NCBI RefSeq assembly: GCF_026210795.1
Contig: NC_089433.1
Location: forward strand, 1,674,001-1,738,000
Origin: Rhizophagus irregularis
Taxonomy: Eukaryota
DNA length: 64,000 nucleotides
Reading direction: 5' to 3'
Below, piece by piece: positions 13,623 through 25,537 of this stretch; position 1 is the stretch's first letter, and each line of letters starts with the position of its first letter. The position numbers and the translations under genes are program-made. The notes below the pieces were generated by a model that was given only the letters and a program-made list of their open reading frames with translations, ran no database searches and was not told the origin of the DNA.

Positions 13623-15283
13623 TTATTGTGCGGACTGTGGAATTACAGCGGCACCATCATAATCTTTTTGATGTTTGGAAGGATTTGAAAGCTCACTAAT
13701 ATATGATGCCTTTCGTTTTTTGTCAGGTTGCTTTTCCAGATCTATAGAGTCATACCCCCCTCCAGGGCCCGTAGGACCTAAATCACTAGGCCCTCGATTG
13801 CTTCTTTCAAGCAAGAGAGATTTAAGGAGATTTTTCTATTTAAATCATAATTAATATACTGCTGCTTATTGAAAAATAGTGACAACATAGATTTAACACT
13901 AACCTCAATCTCTAGCTTTCTAACTTGCTCTTCAAGTAATTCACGTCGATGACGTAATTTACGCTCATTAATAACCTCATTTTCAAGCTGACGCACACGA
14001 TCTTCAAGGTAATCATTACGTTCTTTTAATTGTATTTCTAAAGTTCTTCTATTTACCATATCAATATCAGATTCTATTTTAATTTGATCTTCAATTCTCT
14101 GCTGAGAATCTTGAGAATATTGAATATAACGTGCAGATGAAGTCTTAACAGATTCAACAGGAAAAACTATTTGCCCATGTGAAATTCGATTCGAATTATT
14201 AACGGGATTATGTATAGATTGTTGTTGATTTGAAGAAGTTTTTTGCATCTGAATTTTTTGCTGCCATTGTTTAATTTGTTCTTGTGATTGCCTCTGAGAT
14301 TCTGAGTGTATTATTGGTGATTTATTCACTTGTCTTTGATTTGAATCCACACCATTTTTATCAATTTGTTGCTTTTGCTGTGGCGGTGGAAGTGGCTGTT
14401 GTTGTTGAGGCTGAGATTGTAATTGTTGCGGCTGCTCTTCAGTTTGTTGTTGTCCATTTGCTGACGGTTGGTATAGTTTTTTCTGTGGTCCACCACAGAA
14501 ACTTTCTGCGCGTAAATGTCTGTTCAGGGCATCTAATCTCGCAAAACTTCTCTTACAATGTGGACATTGATAGGGCTTTTCACCCGTATGTAATTTTGCG
14601 TGTCTTTTCAAATCGTGGTGTCGACGGAAAAAGTGCTGACATACTTCGCATTGAAAAGGTTTTTCTTGGGAATGAGTTAATGCATGTGATTTTAGATTAT
14701 GTTGCCGACTAAATGTTTGATTACATTCTGTACAAACGTATGGCTTTGACTTTGCTGGACTAGGACTTTGAGGCTGCCCAGAAGTAGTCAATTTTCCCTG
14801 AGGATTTACAGAAAACGAATTGAATAAACCCGTAGGTGAGCTACCCTTTTGTGTTGGTAAAGGAGTAGGAGGAGAAGTTAAATTACTAGAATCGGAGCTA
14901 TAATTAGCTGGTGATAAAATCGGGGAACCGGATATTGCTCTCTGAGAATTAGGCGTTAACATATTTATATCTTGTGAAGAAAAATTGTTATTTTGAGGAG
15001 TCGATTCGCCAGGAGACGAAGTGTGTATCTCTGGAACCTGAGAGGAGTTTGCACCGATACTAGATAAGTTAGAAACTTTGTTTGGAGAAGAATCTTGTTT
15101 AGAAATAAGAGAAATAAGATGCTCTGTATTTTGAGTTTGCGGTTCGGCAGGTTGAATACGAAATGAATTTATAGAGGAGTTCGAGGGGGAAGTTGTCGAA
15201 GAATCTGTGTATAAAGGCAAGTCTTCTTTCGTTGAATCATTTTTAGGTTCAGAGTTATGATTTGTTTCAATTCCAACATCCAT
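13623..15283 (-). CDS. C2H2 zinc-finger transcription factor (three fingers, Crz1-related fungal family) with Q-rich region and coiled coil; one intron at 13836-13903
   Basis: CTECNQTFSRQHNLKSHALTH, CEVCQHFFRRHHDLKRHAKLHTGEKP, CPHCKRSFARLDALNRH. Splicing GAG|gttagt..atag|AAA joins the two ORFs in frame (EIE|KNLLKSLLLERS). Confidence 0.85.
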
Positions 15284-17003
15284 TTTTTTTGCGTTGAAGA
15301 AATTGCTGTGGCTTGAAATGTGGGTTGAGTGGGAGGCGTGAGAGGCAAAAGGAAAATGCCAGGGGTATTTATTAGACGATTATGAATTTGTGATCTTCAA
15401 TCAATGATTGATGAAAAAGGAATAGCGCTTGTGGATGGTGTACTGGTGAAACTGGTGAACAAAACCAATAAGGCAAGACGTTTCCCGGTGGCGTTCGTCT
15501 TGTGTACAAAACTTATAAACTATAAATATATTATAAAATAAAGGCCTAAAATACCTAATATAGAATGGAAAGAAAAAAAAACGCCCGTAATATCCCATCT
15601 ATTTATGGTATATTTTCTATACTTGAACATTGTAATGAAAATGTAATGTTCTATAAAATACTTCGAATATTTTGCTACAAAGAATACTATTTTCAAGACT
15701 TTTTTTTTCGGAAGAATTTCTAAATAATTATGTTGGTAAAATTTTTTATTTTTAAAAAATTCAGGTTAATAAACAAGGATATTACGCTTGAGGGCTTATT
15801 TCTTTGAACGGTGCCACGGCGCTGTGCAGTCTAGCCATCCATGTATTAACTAACACACAGCCACCAATTGCTTTTACGGGTGTTAAAAACAGCATCATCT
15901 GGACCGTAAGATCGAGTGATCGGAAAAAAAACACGGTGTGGCAGTGTAGTATTATTATCGGGAACAGTTCTTTGTTTTTTTTTTGTTTAAAGGTGCAAAG
16001 ATGCGAGATTTAAATTATATTCAAGCGGCTGGCTGTGAGAATCAAAGCCGAGCCCATTTCGATTGTTATTCTGAAAATAATTATTATTTCAATGGAAGAA
16101 ATTCAAACAGCAAAAATTACTTTTCCGGGAAATATCCATAAAAAGCTTTGCTAATGAGCCGCACTAAAGAATACTCTGTATGCATTCATTGGTTGTAGTA
16201 AATGTAACACTACCGTATTTTGAGGCTTGCTTCTCGGGTATATAATCATTTGGTAACTTACATAATAACTCGCCCACAATGCCTGGCTCGATAGGGCTGG
16301 AGCAAATCTATACTTGCGAAAAAACTGTTATTTTTCAACCCGAGGGGTTTTATTAAAAAAATTTGCCTTCCTATAAAGGCAATTTCAAGATCTCGATTAA
16401 TTTTTTAATCGCTTATATAAATCAAATAATTAGGGTGGCTAAGGGCATAATCGTCAGTTAATTTACATCATTAAATTCGGAAACGGAAAGTATATATCGG
16501 GTAAGATCAATCTAATGCCGAAATTTTAATTCGTCGTTCTCTAAGTTTGATAGAGTTATAAAATATTCTTTATGGTTCTTCTGAGTGTCTTACCGATCAA
16601 GATTCCGAGCAGAAAGAGTCTCTTGAATTTTGATAACAAAAAATTTATAAACTTAATTTATGAATTTCTTCCGTGGAAAGAAAAAAATGAATGTAAATTA
16701 GTAGAACATTTAAATCACATGCAAAAAAATTGTTAACCTCTAACCTACTTTACCTAATTTTACTAAAAAATATAAGCAAGTGGCGTAATAAGATGACACA
16801 AATTTTATGTCATAATGATGTATTTTTACCTGTTATATTCCTGACTGCATTAGCACTTTTACCGTTAAAAATTATGCGCAAGTTCCTTAATTACTAAATC
16901 TGGAACTTAGGAACTGCCAAATCCAAAATTTTTCCGTTTTTTGATCTGCTTTGACTCTGATTAGATTTCTTCACGTGAAACTAAATTACGCGCGTCGCAA
17001 AAC

Positions 17004-19173
17004 ATGCAAGAACTTACAACAAATCCACAAGGAGGGCTCGCGAATATCAAGACGGGTGAACCTATAGTTTATAACAAGGAGACGATAGCTGACTTGTATC
17101 TTTTTATAAAAGTGACGCGTCAAATTTAAATCTATAAACTCGATAGCATAGACACCTTAACTCTCTTTATTGCGTTAAAGTATGGAAGAGAAAGGGATTC
17201 AAATGGAAAAACAACATAAGAGAAATGATGTAGCGAAAAAATTCTTTGAACGAGGAAATAAAGGGAAAGTAGAATATGTCCTTAATTCAAATATATCAAC
17301 ATATGATAGTTCTCAAAATATCAAACAATGTAAAATAGTTTTAATAGCGGATAAACAGGTTGAGAGCTATCGATATATGTACCAAACGCGAATACTTGAA
17401 GGTATAATATTGAATAATTATCTATAAAATCAATTTTTATTCATTGACTTCTTATTTAATTCTGTAGAATTAGATGTTAGATTTTCTAGTTTATCAACAA
17501 TTATAAAAAATCATGAAGTTTTTGATGCATTCCACATCAATCAAGTAAGAAACGTGACTAAAACCTTCGGCTGAAAGTTTTGAACAGCTATTGATTTTGG
17601 ATGAACTATTTCTAAAATATTTTTTAGAATATAATTGGCAGAATCTGTTGTGATTCAGAGGGAAAGCTTAATGATGAATCTGTCTTGCTAGAAATCCCAG
17701 AAAAACGAAATCGGTTGAAATTATCGCTCAATAAAATTGAATCATATGCCTTATTTTCTGGACAGGTATTTCTCTTATTTCTCTGCAAATCGCATTTTAT
17801 ATGAATTAACTTTTTTTCTTCTTTTAAAAAAATTATAATTAGATAGTGGGTGTTAAAGGTACTATGAAAAACGAAGAAAATTATTTAGAAATAAATAATA
17901 TATTTGAGGTAATATATATCATTTTTTAAATTTTATTCGAATTTTATAAACTTTAGATAACTTTATTATTATCTTTATTATCTTACAAATATAGGTACCC
18001 TTATTGCCTATGTATAAAAGTCCATTCGGCGAATTAGTTGAATTAAATGTAAAACCATTAAATATAGTGGTTGCAGCCGGACCATTTACTTTTGATGTTG
18101 GATTTGGATATGAACCTTTCAATGAGTTACTTATTAAGATGGAACAAGAAAAACCTGATCTCCTAATCTTGGTAATTTTTTTTAAAAAAAATAAAGTGAT
18201 TTGTAATAACTTTTATGCTTTTTATTAATTATTTACTTAGTTAGGACCGTTTGTGAGCGAAGATCATCCTCTTTTAATAGAAAAGAATACACCTAAAACC
18301 CCCGGTGAACTTTTTAAAGAACATGTTACTGATAAATTGAGTAAATTTATAAAGGCTTCGCCTGGTGTATCAATTGTCATGGTTCCAAGCACCAAGGATC
18401 TATTTCACTGTTCATTTGTTTTTCCACAGCCTCCATTTCCCAAATCAGGATTACCAAAGGTATTATTTATCAATTATTTACTAAGTAGAAATACATTATT
18501 AATTAAATGATAAATTCTTTAGGATGTCATCTGTACATCTAACCCTGCTCAATTCCGAGTAAATGAGATAACGTTTGTTATTGATAATGTTGATATCTTA
18601 TTTCATCTTGCCTCAAATGAAATTGAAAGGTATATTAAAATTGTATTTAAAACTTGAAAATACGCATAAATTAATTTGTTAAATTTATAGAAATGCGGCA
18701 CCTGCTTTAGATCGAATGGGAAGGTTATCACGTCACATATTGATACAAAGACAGTATGTATCTTCAATTTAGTAAATATGTAAAACAATTTCTTTAAAGA
18801 GATTCTATTTTTTTAGTCTTTATCCATTATTTCCTACATCACCTGAAGTAAATCTCGAATACAAGAAATCTAGTTTTCTTGAATTACAAAATTTGCCCGA
18901 TATACTGATTCTTCCCTCAAAACTTAAATATTTTGCGAAGGTAATTACTTTTAAATATTGCGCACTTTCGGATTGAATACTTACAATAATTTTTTTTTTT
19001 AATAGATTGTTGAAAATGTTATTTGTATTAATCCCGGTTATCTATCAAAAGGCGAATCTGGCGGAACGTATGCAAAAATAACTATACATCCTTTACAACA
19101 GACACTTATGGAAGGTGCATTTATAGAAAATTTAGTTTCTAAAAGGGCCAGAGTTGAGATAGTTAGAGTTTAG
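17004..19173 (+). CDS. POL12: DNA polymerase alpha/primase B subunit (POL12/POLA2), multi-exon; start codon uncertain
   Basis: YRYMYQ, GRICCDSEGKLNDESVLLE, YALFSGQIVGVKG, IVVAAGPFT, PDLLILLGPFV, VFPQPPF, SNPAQFRVNE, LYPLFP, PDILILPSKLKYFAK, CINPGYLSKGESGGTYA. Confidence 0.88.
17096..17180 (+). other. U12-type (minor spliceosome) GT-AG intron in POL12
   Basis: 5' splice site GTATCTTT at 17096, branch point CACCTTAAC at 17153-17161, AG at 17179-17180. Removal gives the in-frame join GAC TT|T ATG GAA. Confidence 0.75.
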
Positions 19174-19536
19174 TAATGTACTTATCTATTCCAAATAATA
19201 ATAAGTTTAATAGATTTTAAACATTAAATTGTTATATTGTGTATATCATGAGATACAGAGTATTGAGTATACAGTATAGAAAGTAAATAGCATAATTAAG
19301 TTATCCTCCTCCATACATAAACCCACAAATCTAGTGAACTAAACCAATTATTCATGATATACAGATAAAGGAACAAAAACGATCTATTTTCTTGCTATCT
19401 CATATCAAAATATACATGTATATAACTCTTACAATAATAATAATTACCTTAAATATTAAAAAACATAATTTTTTTTTTTCGTTACATTATTCTATTCAAA
19501 GTTAATTTCTATAAGTTTACTTATCATCCATATTTT

Positions 19537-20808
19537 TCATGATAACTGATAATGCCAAATCATGTCTGTAATATAATCATCTCTTGTCAAAGGATTATCA
19601 TCTCCCCCAAAAGCCTGTATTTCCCACAATGTATAAGGATGTCTTTTGCGATTTGGACGACCTTCTATTTCATTGTAATTCTGACGAGCATATTTTTCTC
19701 CTACTTCACTTTTTGGGAATTTTGGTGCGGGAGGTAAACTCTTGAAAATTTCACTTATAGTCGGACGATTAAAAAACATTATCTTAGCTCGTTCTTTAGC
19801 TTTTTTAATAGCATCTGCACAGGATAATATTGGGGTAGTGTCCAAATTGTACTTAACTTTCTTTCTTTTTTGTGACAATGGTAAAATAGATCTCGACAAT
19901 GCCACGCCAACTTGGAAATCATCGTCATCATCATCGATTTCCTTTTTACGTTTATCAGATTTTTCAACGGTCGATCTAGCCTTAAAGACTATTGAACTCT
20001 GGAAATCATCATCATCATGATCAAGTATGGAAACGTTATACGAACGTGAAACGACAAAAGATAATTTCGGATTCTCCTTAGATATTGAGTCCGTTTTTGA
20101 TAGTTTATCATTAGAAATTGGATTAAAATAATTCGTTAACTTCTTTTCTTTATGACCTATATGTGGTGAAGTTTTTCCTGGTCTTGGAATTATGCTTGAA
20201 GACAGGTAACTAGGAGGATCTCTTCCATATTTTCTTTTTAATTCTTGTAGAAATTCTAACATTTTATTTGGTGTATATTTATGTTTTCTACCACACGTCT
20301 TGAAATGATTAAGTTTTCCTTTCTCGGTCTTGGCTTTGAAAGTTATATTACAACATGGACATACCATAGCAATGGCAAATAAAGAATGTTGTTCTTTGTT
20401 TTCACTCTGTTTCGCGTCGAATTTCTTAACGGAAATAGAGTTTGTTTCAATCTCAATTTTATTGTCGAGGCATGCATTAATATGTAATTCACGAGTGTTA
20501 AGTGAACAATAACTAAGATTCTTTCCACACACTATACAAAACTCTGTAGTAGTTTTGTCTTGCTTATTTATATTGTTAGTGGTCGCAGTACTCCTTTGAA
20601 CAATCATTTTTTCATTAGTTGAGTTGGTAATGATGGTAGTATCAGCTGTCGGTATCATCGCGTTAGTCTTTTTATTGGTCATATTTTCTTTTCCTTTAGG
20701 ATGTACCGCTGAACATTCTTTTTCAGGAAGTTTACGCTTTAAAAGTTCTTTGATTCTCTGTTTTCTTTCCATATTTAGATAAATTTTAGATAAATGGTTT
20801 ATTGGCAT
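19537..20808 (-). CDS. SLX4 N-terminal-like protein: two UBZ4 zinc fingers plus MLR-like region, intronless
   Basis: FCIVCGKNLSYCSLNTRELHINACLD and CPCCNITF..KLNHFKTCG resemble the two UBZ fingers of vertebrate SLX4. DDFQVGVALSRS..TPIL..ERAKIMF..PKFPKS..TLWE..DDYIT resembles the MLR. Recognised from memory, not by search. Confidence 0.65.
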   Translation of the reverse strand: MPINHLSKIYLNMERKQRIKELLKRKLPEKECSAVHPKGKENMTNKKTNAMIPTADTTIITNSTNEKMIVQRSTATTNNINKQDKTTTEFCIVCGKNLSYCSLNTRELHINACLDNKIEIETNSISVKKFDAKQSENKEQHSLFAIAMVCPCCNITFKAKTEKGKLNHFKTCGRKHKYTPNKMLEFLQELKRKYGRDPPSYLSSSIIPRPGKTSPHIGHKEKKLTNYFNPISNDKLSKTDSISKENPKLSFVVSRSYNVSILDHDDDDFQSSIVFKARSTVEKSDKRKKEIDDDDDDFQVGVALSRSILPLSQKRKKVKYNLDTTPILSCADAIKKAKERAKIMFFNRPTISEIFKSLPPAPKFPKSEVGEKYARQNYNEIEGRPNRKRHPYTLWEIQAFGGDDNPLTRDDYITDMIWHYQLS

Positions 20809-21056
20809 GCAAAAGTGAATTAAATAATTAATAAAAGAAAAAGAAAACGCGCTATCTGATCTGATATTCTTTCATATCACCCTTATACAATCACATCAAC
20901 ATGTGACGGTAATTTCAGCCAATTTTGTAATGAATGTTATGTAATTCCTAATTCATAATAAACTTAATTTTCTAATATTTTATATAATAGAAGAAAGTTG
21001 AATATTAAATGCAGTATCATCACATACTTTTTAAAGAAGAATCTCTATTTTTTTAT

Positions 21057-23461
21057 TTATTTTAAAGGTATTTTGAGTATAAGTTCTATAGATTTATTTA
21101 CATTTTTTATTAGAGACTCTATTTTTTTATTTGTTTTTTCGGTTATTCTCATATTTTGAGTCCCTTTGAGGTTATTTAAATAATCTTCAACGGTAAATGC
21201 CGCATTTCTTTTTGGTGTAATAAAAATAGAGGATACCGGATTGTATGGAGAATATCGTATTGTAGGTGATATTGTTTTTAAATTTTCTTTCTAAATAATA
21301 GAGAAATTGGTATGTAAATCAATTCTTTACAGAGAATAAAAAGAATAATTTTTTTTTTTACCTTATTCTCTTTTGTTTCGATATTTTCCGCTAGTTCGTT
21401 TAATTGTTCATCGAACTTCTCTTCGTTATTTAGTTTTCCTTTAGTTTTTTCATTTGTTATAATATCACCCATTTTATAAATTTCCTCAATTGATTTGACA
21501 TTATTTACTTGACCATCAATTATGTCTCCCTCATCTGTAATAGTTTCGTCTATAATATTAAGTTCTTCCATATGTGTAATAATATTTTGTTCGTATATAT
21601 TAAATTCTTCCATATCTGTAATGACATTTCGTTCACTTTTGTCAATTATGCAAAGTTCCTCCATATCTGTAATCATATTTCGTTCATTCTCATCCATGAT
21701 CGTACTATTTGATTCTTTATTTACAATAATATCAAGTTTCTCTTCATTTTCTATAATGTTATTACGTTCCCCCTCATTTGTAATAATGTTATTTAGTTCC
21801 TCCTCATTTGTTATAATGTCATTCCGTCCCTTCTCATTTGTTATAATGTCATTTCGTCCCTCCTCATCAATAACATTACTTTGTTCTTCCCTATTTATAA
21901 AGACATTTTCTCGTTCATCTTCTTCCACGCGCGTTAAAACATAATTTAGTAGATCTTGGCTCATAAGATGTTCCTCATTTTCGCTAATATTACTTAATTT
22001 TTCATTGATTCCTTCCTCAACTGAAAAATTCATCGATTTTTCCTTAATTTCTTCTCGTGTTCTTCTAAGTTTATCAACAGACTCGTCCCCTTTCGTTTGA
22101 TCATTATTTATTAGTCCGATAATCTCTTCCTCGTTGGTTTGAGCATTATTTACTTGTTCAACAATTCTTGTTCCTTCTTCGTCTGTGCTGTTATTGTCAA
22201 CCTTTTTTATTTGCTCATCAATCTCCTCACTTTTTTCGATAAATTCTGCACGTTCCTCAATTCCATTTATACTAATAATGTTTGGTAATTCGTCAATTCT
22301 TTTTTCGTTTATATCAGTAATATTGTGTGGTTCGTCTATATTCTCCTCAGTTATATTAATATTTTTTGATGGTTCGTCATTTACATTCTCATCTATACTA
22401 GTAAGTGATTCGTTCACATCCATATTAATTATCCTTAGTAGCTCGTCCATATTCGTACCAGCTATCATTGGAATTACTTCTTCATTTATATTAATAATAT
22501 TTAATGATTCGTCAATTTCATTCTCATCCATACTAATAATATTTAATGGCTCGTCCATATTCGTATTAATTAACATTGGTTCGTCAAAAATTATTTCTTC
22601 ATTTATATTCTCATCTACACTAGTAATAATTAGTGGGTCATCCACATTCATACTAATTATCATTAGTGATTCGTCAATTACTTCTTCATTTATACTAATA
22701 ATATTTGATGATTCGTTGATTCTCTCATTACTGATACTAATATTATTTGGTGATTCGTTGATTTTCTCCTCATTTACACTAATTATCATTGGTGGTTTGT
22801 CGATTATTTCTTCATTTATACTAATAATATTTGATGATTCGTTGATTCTCTCGTTACTGATACTAATATTATTTAGTGATTCGTTAATTTTCTCCTCGTC
22901 AATTACTTCTTCATTTATACTAATAATATTTGATGATTCGTTGATTCTCTCATTACTTACACCAATATTATTTGGTGATTCGTTAATTTTCTCCTCATTT
23001 ACACTAATTATATTTGATGGTTCGTTTAGTGATTCGTTAATTTTCTCATCTATTTCAAACCTCACATTTAATTTTTTATTTTTTTTAGTACGAGAAGTAA
23101 GATCAACGACCTCTACATCATTTTTATTATCGACATCTGCATCCTTTTTATTTCCACGAGATTTTTTCGATTTTGAAGGGGTTTTAGCAAAAAATATACA
23201 GGTATCGCCTCCTCTTTTACGATGTTCCTCCCTTTTAATTTATTAATTAAGTGAATAAAAAGTAATAAAAAAGACGCTATAAATAAATGAAAAAGATTCT
23301 TACACAGGATCATCGTCAGGTTCCCAACAATCTAGTTCGATCCCACAATACATACAAAATACATTATCTTCTGAAGTATAAGTTGGGGCAAAATAAAATC
23401 CAGCTTTCGCCATCTAACATTTTAAGAAACGCGTTAGAAATAATAAAAATAATAATAATAA

Positions 23462-23500
<39 letters not shown>

Positions 23501-24040
23501 ACTAAAATAAATTTAGATACCTTTTTGCTCGTTATAGCCCAGCCTTTCTTACCGTCATGCGGCCACCAGTTTTTAAATGTTTTAAACCTGATATCACACA
23601 TATTTTTGGAATTTGGCCATTGAGCCTCATTATCCCAATTAAAAGGTATGTTATTATCGAGTTCTTTTTTAATATGTTGACAAATAGCCCAAACACAATC
23701 AGGAGAATTAGTGAAGTGTTCTTCACATGGAACATCATCTGGACGCCAACAATCCATTGATTTGTGACATAAGTAACATGTCACATTATCTGGGGATTTT
23801 TTTGACGGATTAAAATAAAATCCCGCAAGCGATAACTTTTTTTTTTTAAAAAAAAAAAAAAAAAATGTTAACTTCAATTATTTTTGTATCAAAACGAATG
23901 CAAAATAAATTAATAATAGTAATAATGATAATACATACAGTTTCAGGAGTTGGCTTATATCCATCGGACGATTTGTATGGCCATTTCATTTTTTTACTCG
24001 TAAAAGATTTCAAACGGTTATCATACAAATACATACTCAT
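21057..24040 (-). CDS. BIR1: Bir1/survivin-like chromosomal passenger protein: two BIR domains, long acidic repetitive linker, C-terminal helix
   Basis: BIR1: RLKSF..WP..|LSLAGFYFNP..DNVTCYLCHKSMDCWRPDDVPCEEHFTNSPDC. BIR2: RFKTFKNWWPHD..|MAKAGFYFAP..DNVVCMYCGIELDCWEPDDDP|.EEHRKR..C. Last exon contains FTVEDYL; stop at 21057-21059. Confidence 0.82.
21600..23050 (-). repeat. Coding tandem repeats (~13 aa units such as INESSNIISINEE, and ~10 aa units such as GRNDIITNEE) in the Bir1 linker
   Basis: Repeated gattcgttgattctctc / atactaataatatttgat blocks at 22660-23050 and tcatttgttataatgtc blocks at 21750-21870. Confidence 0.85.
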
Positions 24041-24495
24041 ATTTGGAAACTTTAAGAAAAGCGTGTAAAAATATTTGAAGATAAAAGAGAATATTATTGA
24101 AATATTACTAGAATATTTAAAAGTCAAGAAACTTTTGTTTATTCAGAAAGAGTTCAGAAAGAGAATGTTTTCGACGCGAAAAAGGTCAACTGATCCTTAT
24201 AAATAAAATTATTTCACGTGATTAAATTTATTACGTCACGAGTATGTTCTGAAATTTCAACTTTTTATTATTATTTACTCATATCTTACAAAGAAAAAAA
24301 AAAAGAAAATTTTTTTTTACCGTAATAATATATAAAAAAAACTAACTATATAAATTATATAAAGAAACTAAAAATTTTGAAAGAAAAGAAATATATTTAC
24401 ATAATTTCTTTCATTTTTTACTTTACAAAAAAAAAAAAAATATATATATATTTTTATATATTTTCTACTTTAGTGTTTTTTTTTCTTTTTTTTTT

Positions 24496-25537
24496 TTAAA
24501 TACTTGACTTTAATATAACCGAAAAAACGGAATGAGCCGAATTAATAATTATTTTTGAATTTTTCGTATCAATAATTTTTGTTTCATAAATAATTTCTTT
24601 TTGATCTTCTTTATGATCAATTTCTTGATCATCATGAGATTTCATACTTGTAATATTATTATCATCATTATTATTATAATTATCATTATTAATGTTTTTG
24701 TTATCATCACCATCATCAATTTGTGATTGTGTATTTGTAACATGAAAGTTTACCATAAAATCAACCCTAACTTCATAATTATTTGGATTTGCTATAGCTA
24801 AACATTGAATTTCATTGGTAATAAGTTTATGTTGTTTAGTATTCTTTGAACAAAATTTCACAGGTTCAAGACAATGCATTAAAGGTTCAACAAAAACTTG
24901 TTCAATTTGAGGATTATTTTCAAGATCTTCCATTTGTGCTTTTGAAAGAACGTAGGATAAAATTCCTCCTAAAGGTGGTTTGGTTATGGTCGGTATTGGC
25001 ATTTTTGAAGCGTTACCTAATATTGTACGTGTAAATACTTTTTTTGATTTTTCAATTACCGAAACATCATACGCTAAAAAATGATTATGATGATGATGAT
25101 GATGTTAATTACGTGTAATAATACGTGTGCGTATATGCTATTAATAGCAGAGAATTTACTTACACATATTATTCGTTTTTTCTTTAGCACACATGTATAT
25201 GGTCCATCCGGCAGGCATAGAAGATGAACCAACGTATAAATGAGACTATAATAAAAAGATTTCGTTAAAGAATATATTAACCACCAGTAAGTAAGTATAT
25301 TCCACCAGTATATTCTACCAGTATATTTATTTACCTTTGACATTTCTTCCGTATTTTCATAAAATGAAATATGTGGAGCTCCATACCAAAACTAAATTAA
25401 CGGGTTGAAATCATTAATTATTAATTACTTATTGAGACAAAATTAAGAGTAACAACAATATTTACCTGAAATGTAATCAATAATACCACACACAAAGCGA
25501 AATAATAATCACAAGTTCTATCACTGAGCAAAATCAT
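24496..25537 (-). CDS. Hypothetical membrane protein (3 coding exons; probable 5'-UTR intron at ~25588-25662)
   Basis: MILLSDRTCDYYFALCVVLLITFQ|FWYGAPHISFYENTEEMSKVNKYTGRIYWWNILTYWWLIYSL..GPYT|SYDVSVIEKSKKVFTRTILGNASKMPIPT.. joins in frame through GT-AG introns. Confidence 0.55.

Noticed and set aside
14284..14712. 142-aa plus-strand ORF
   Set aside because: Antisense to the Q-rich/zinc-finger exon, non-ATG start, no family features
22185..23246. 353-aa plus-strand ORF rich in Ile/Ser/Phe
   Set aside because: Antisense shadow of the repetitive Bir1 exon
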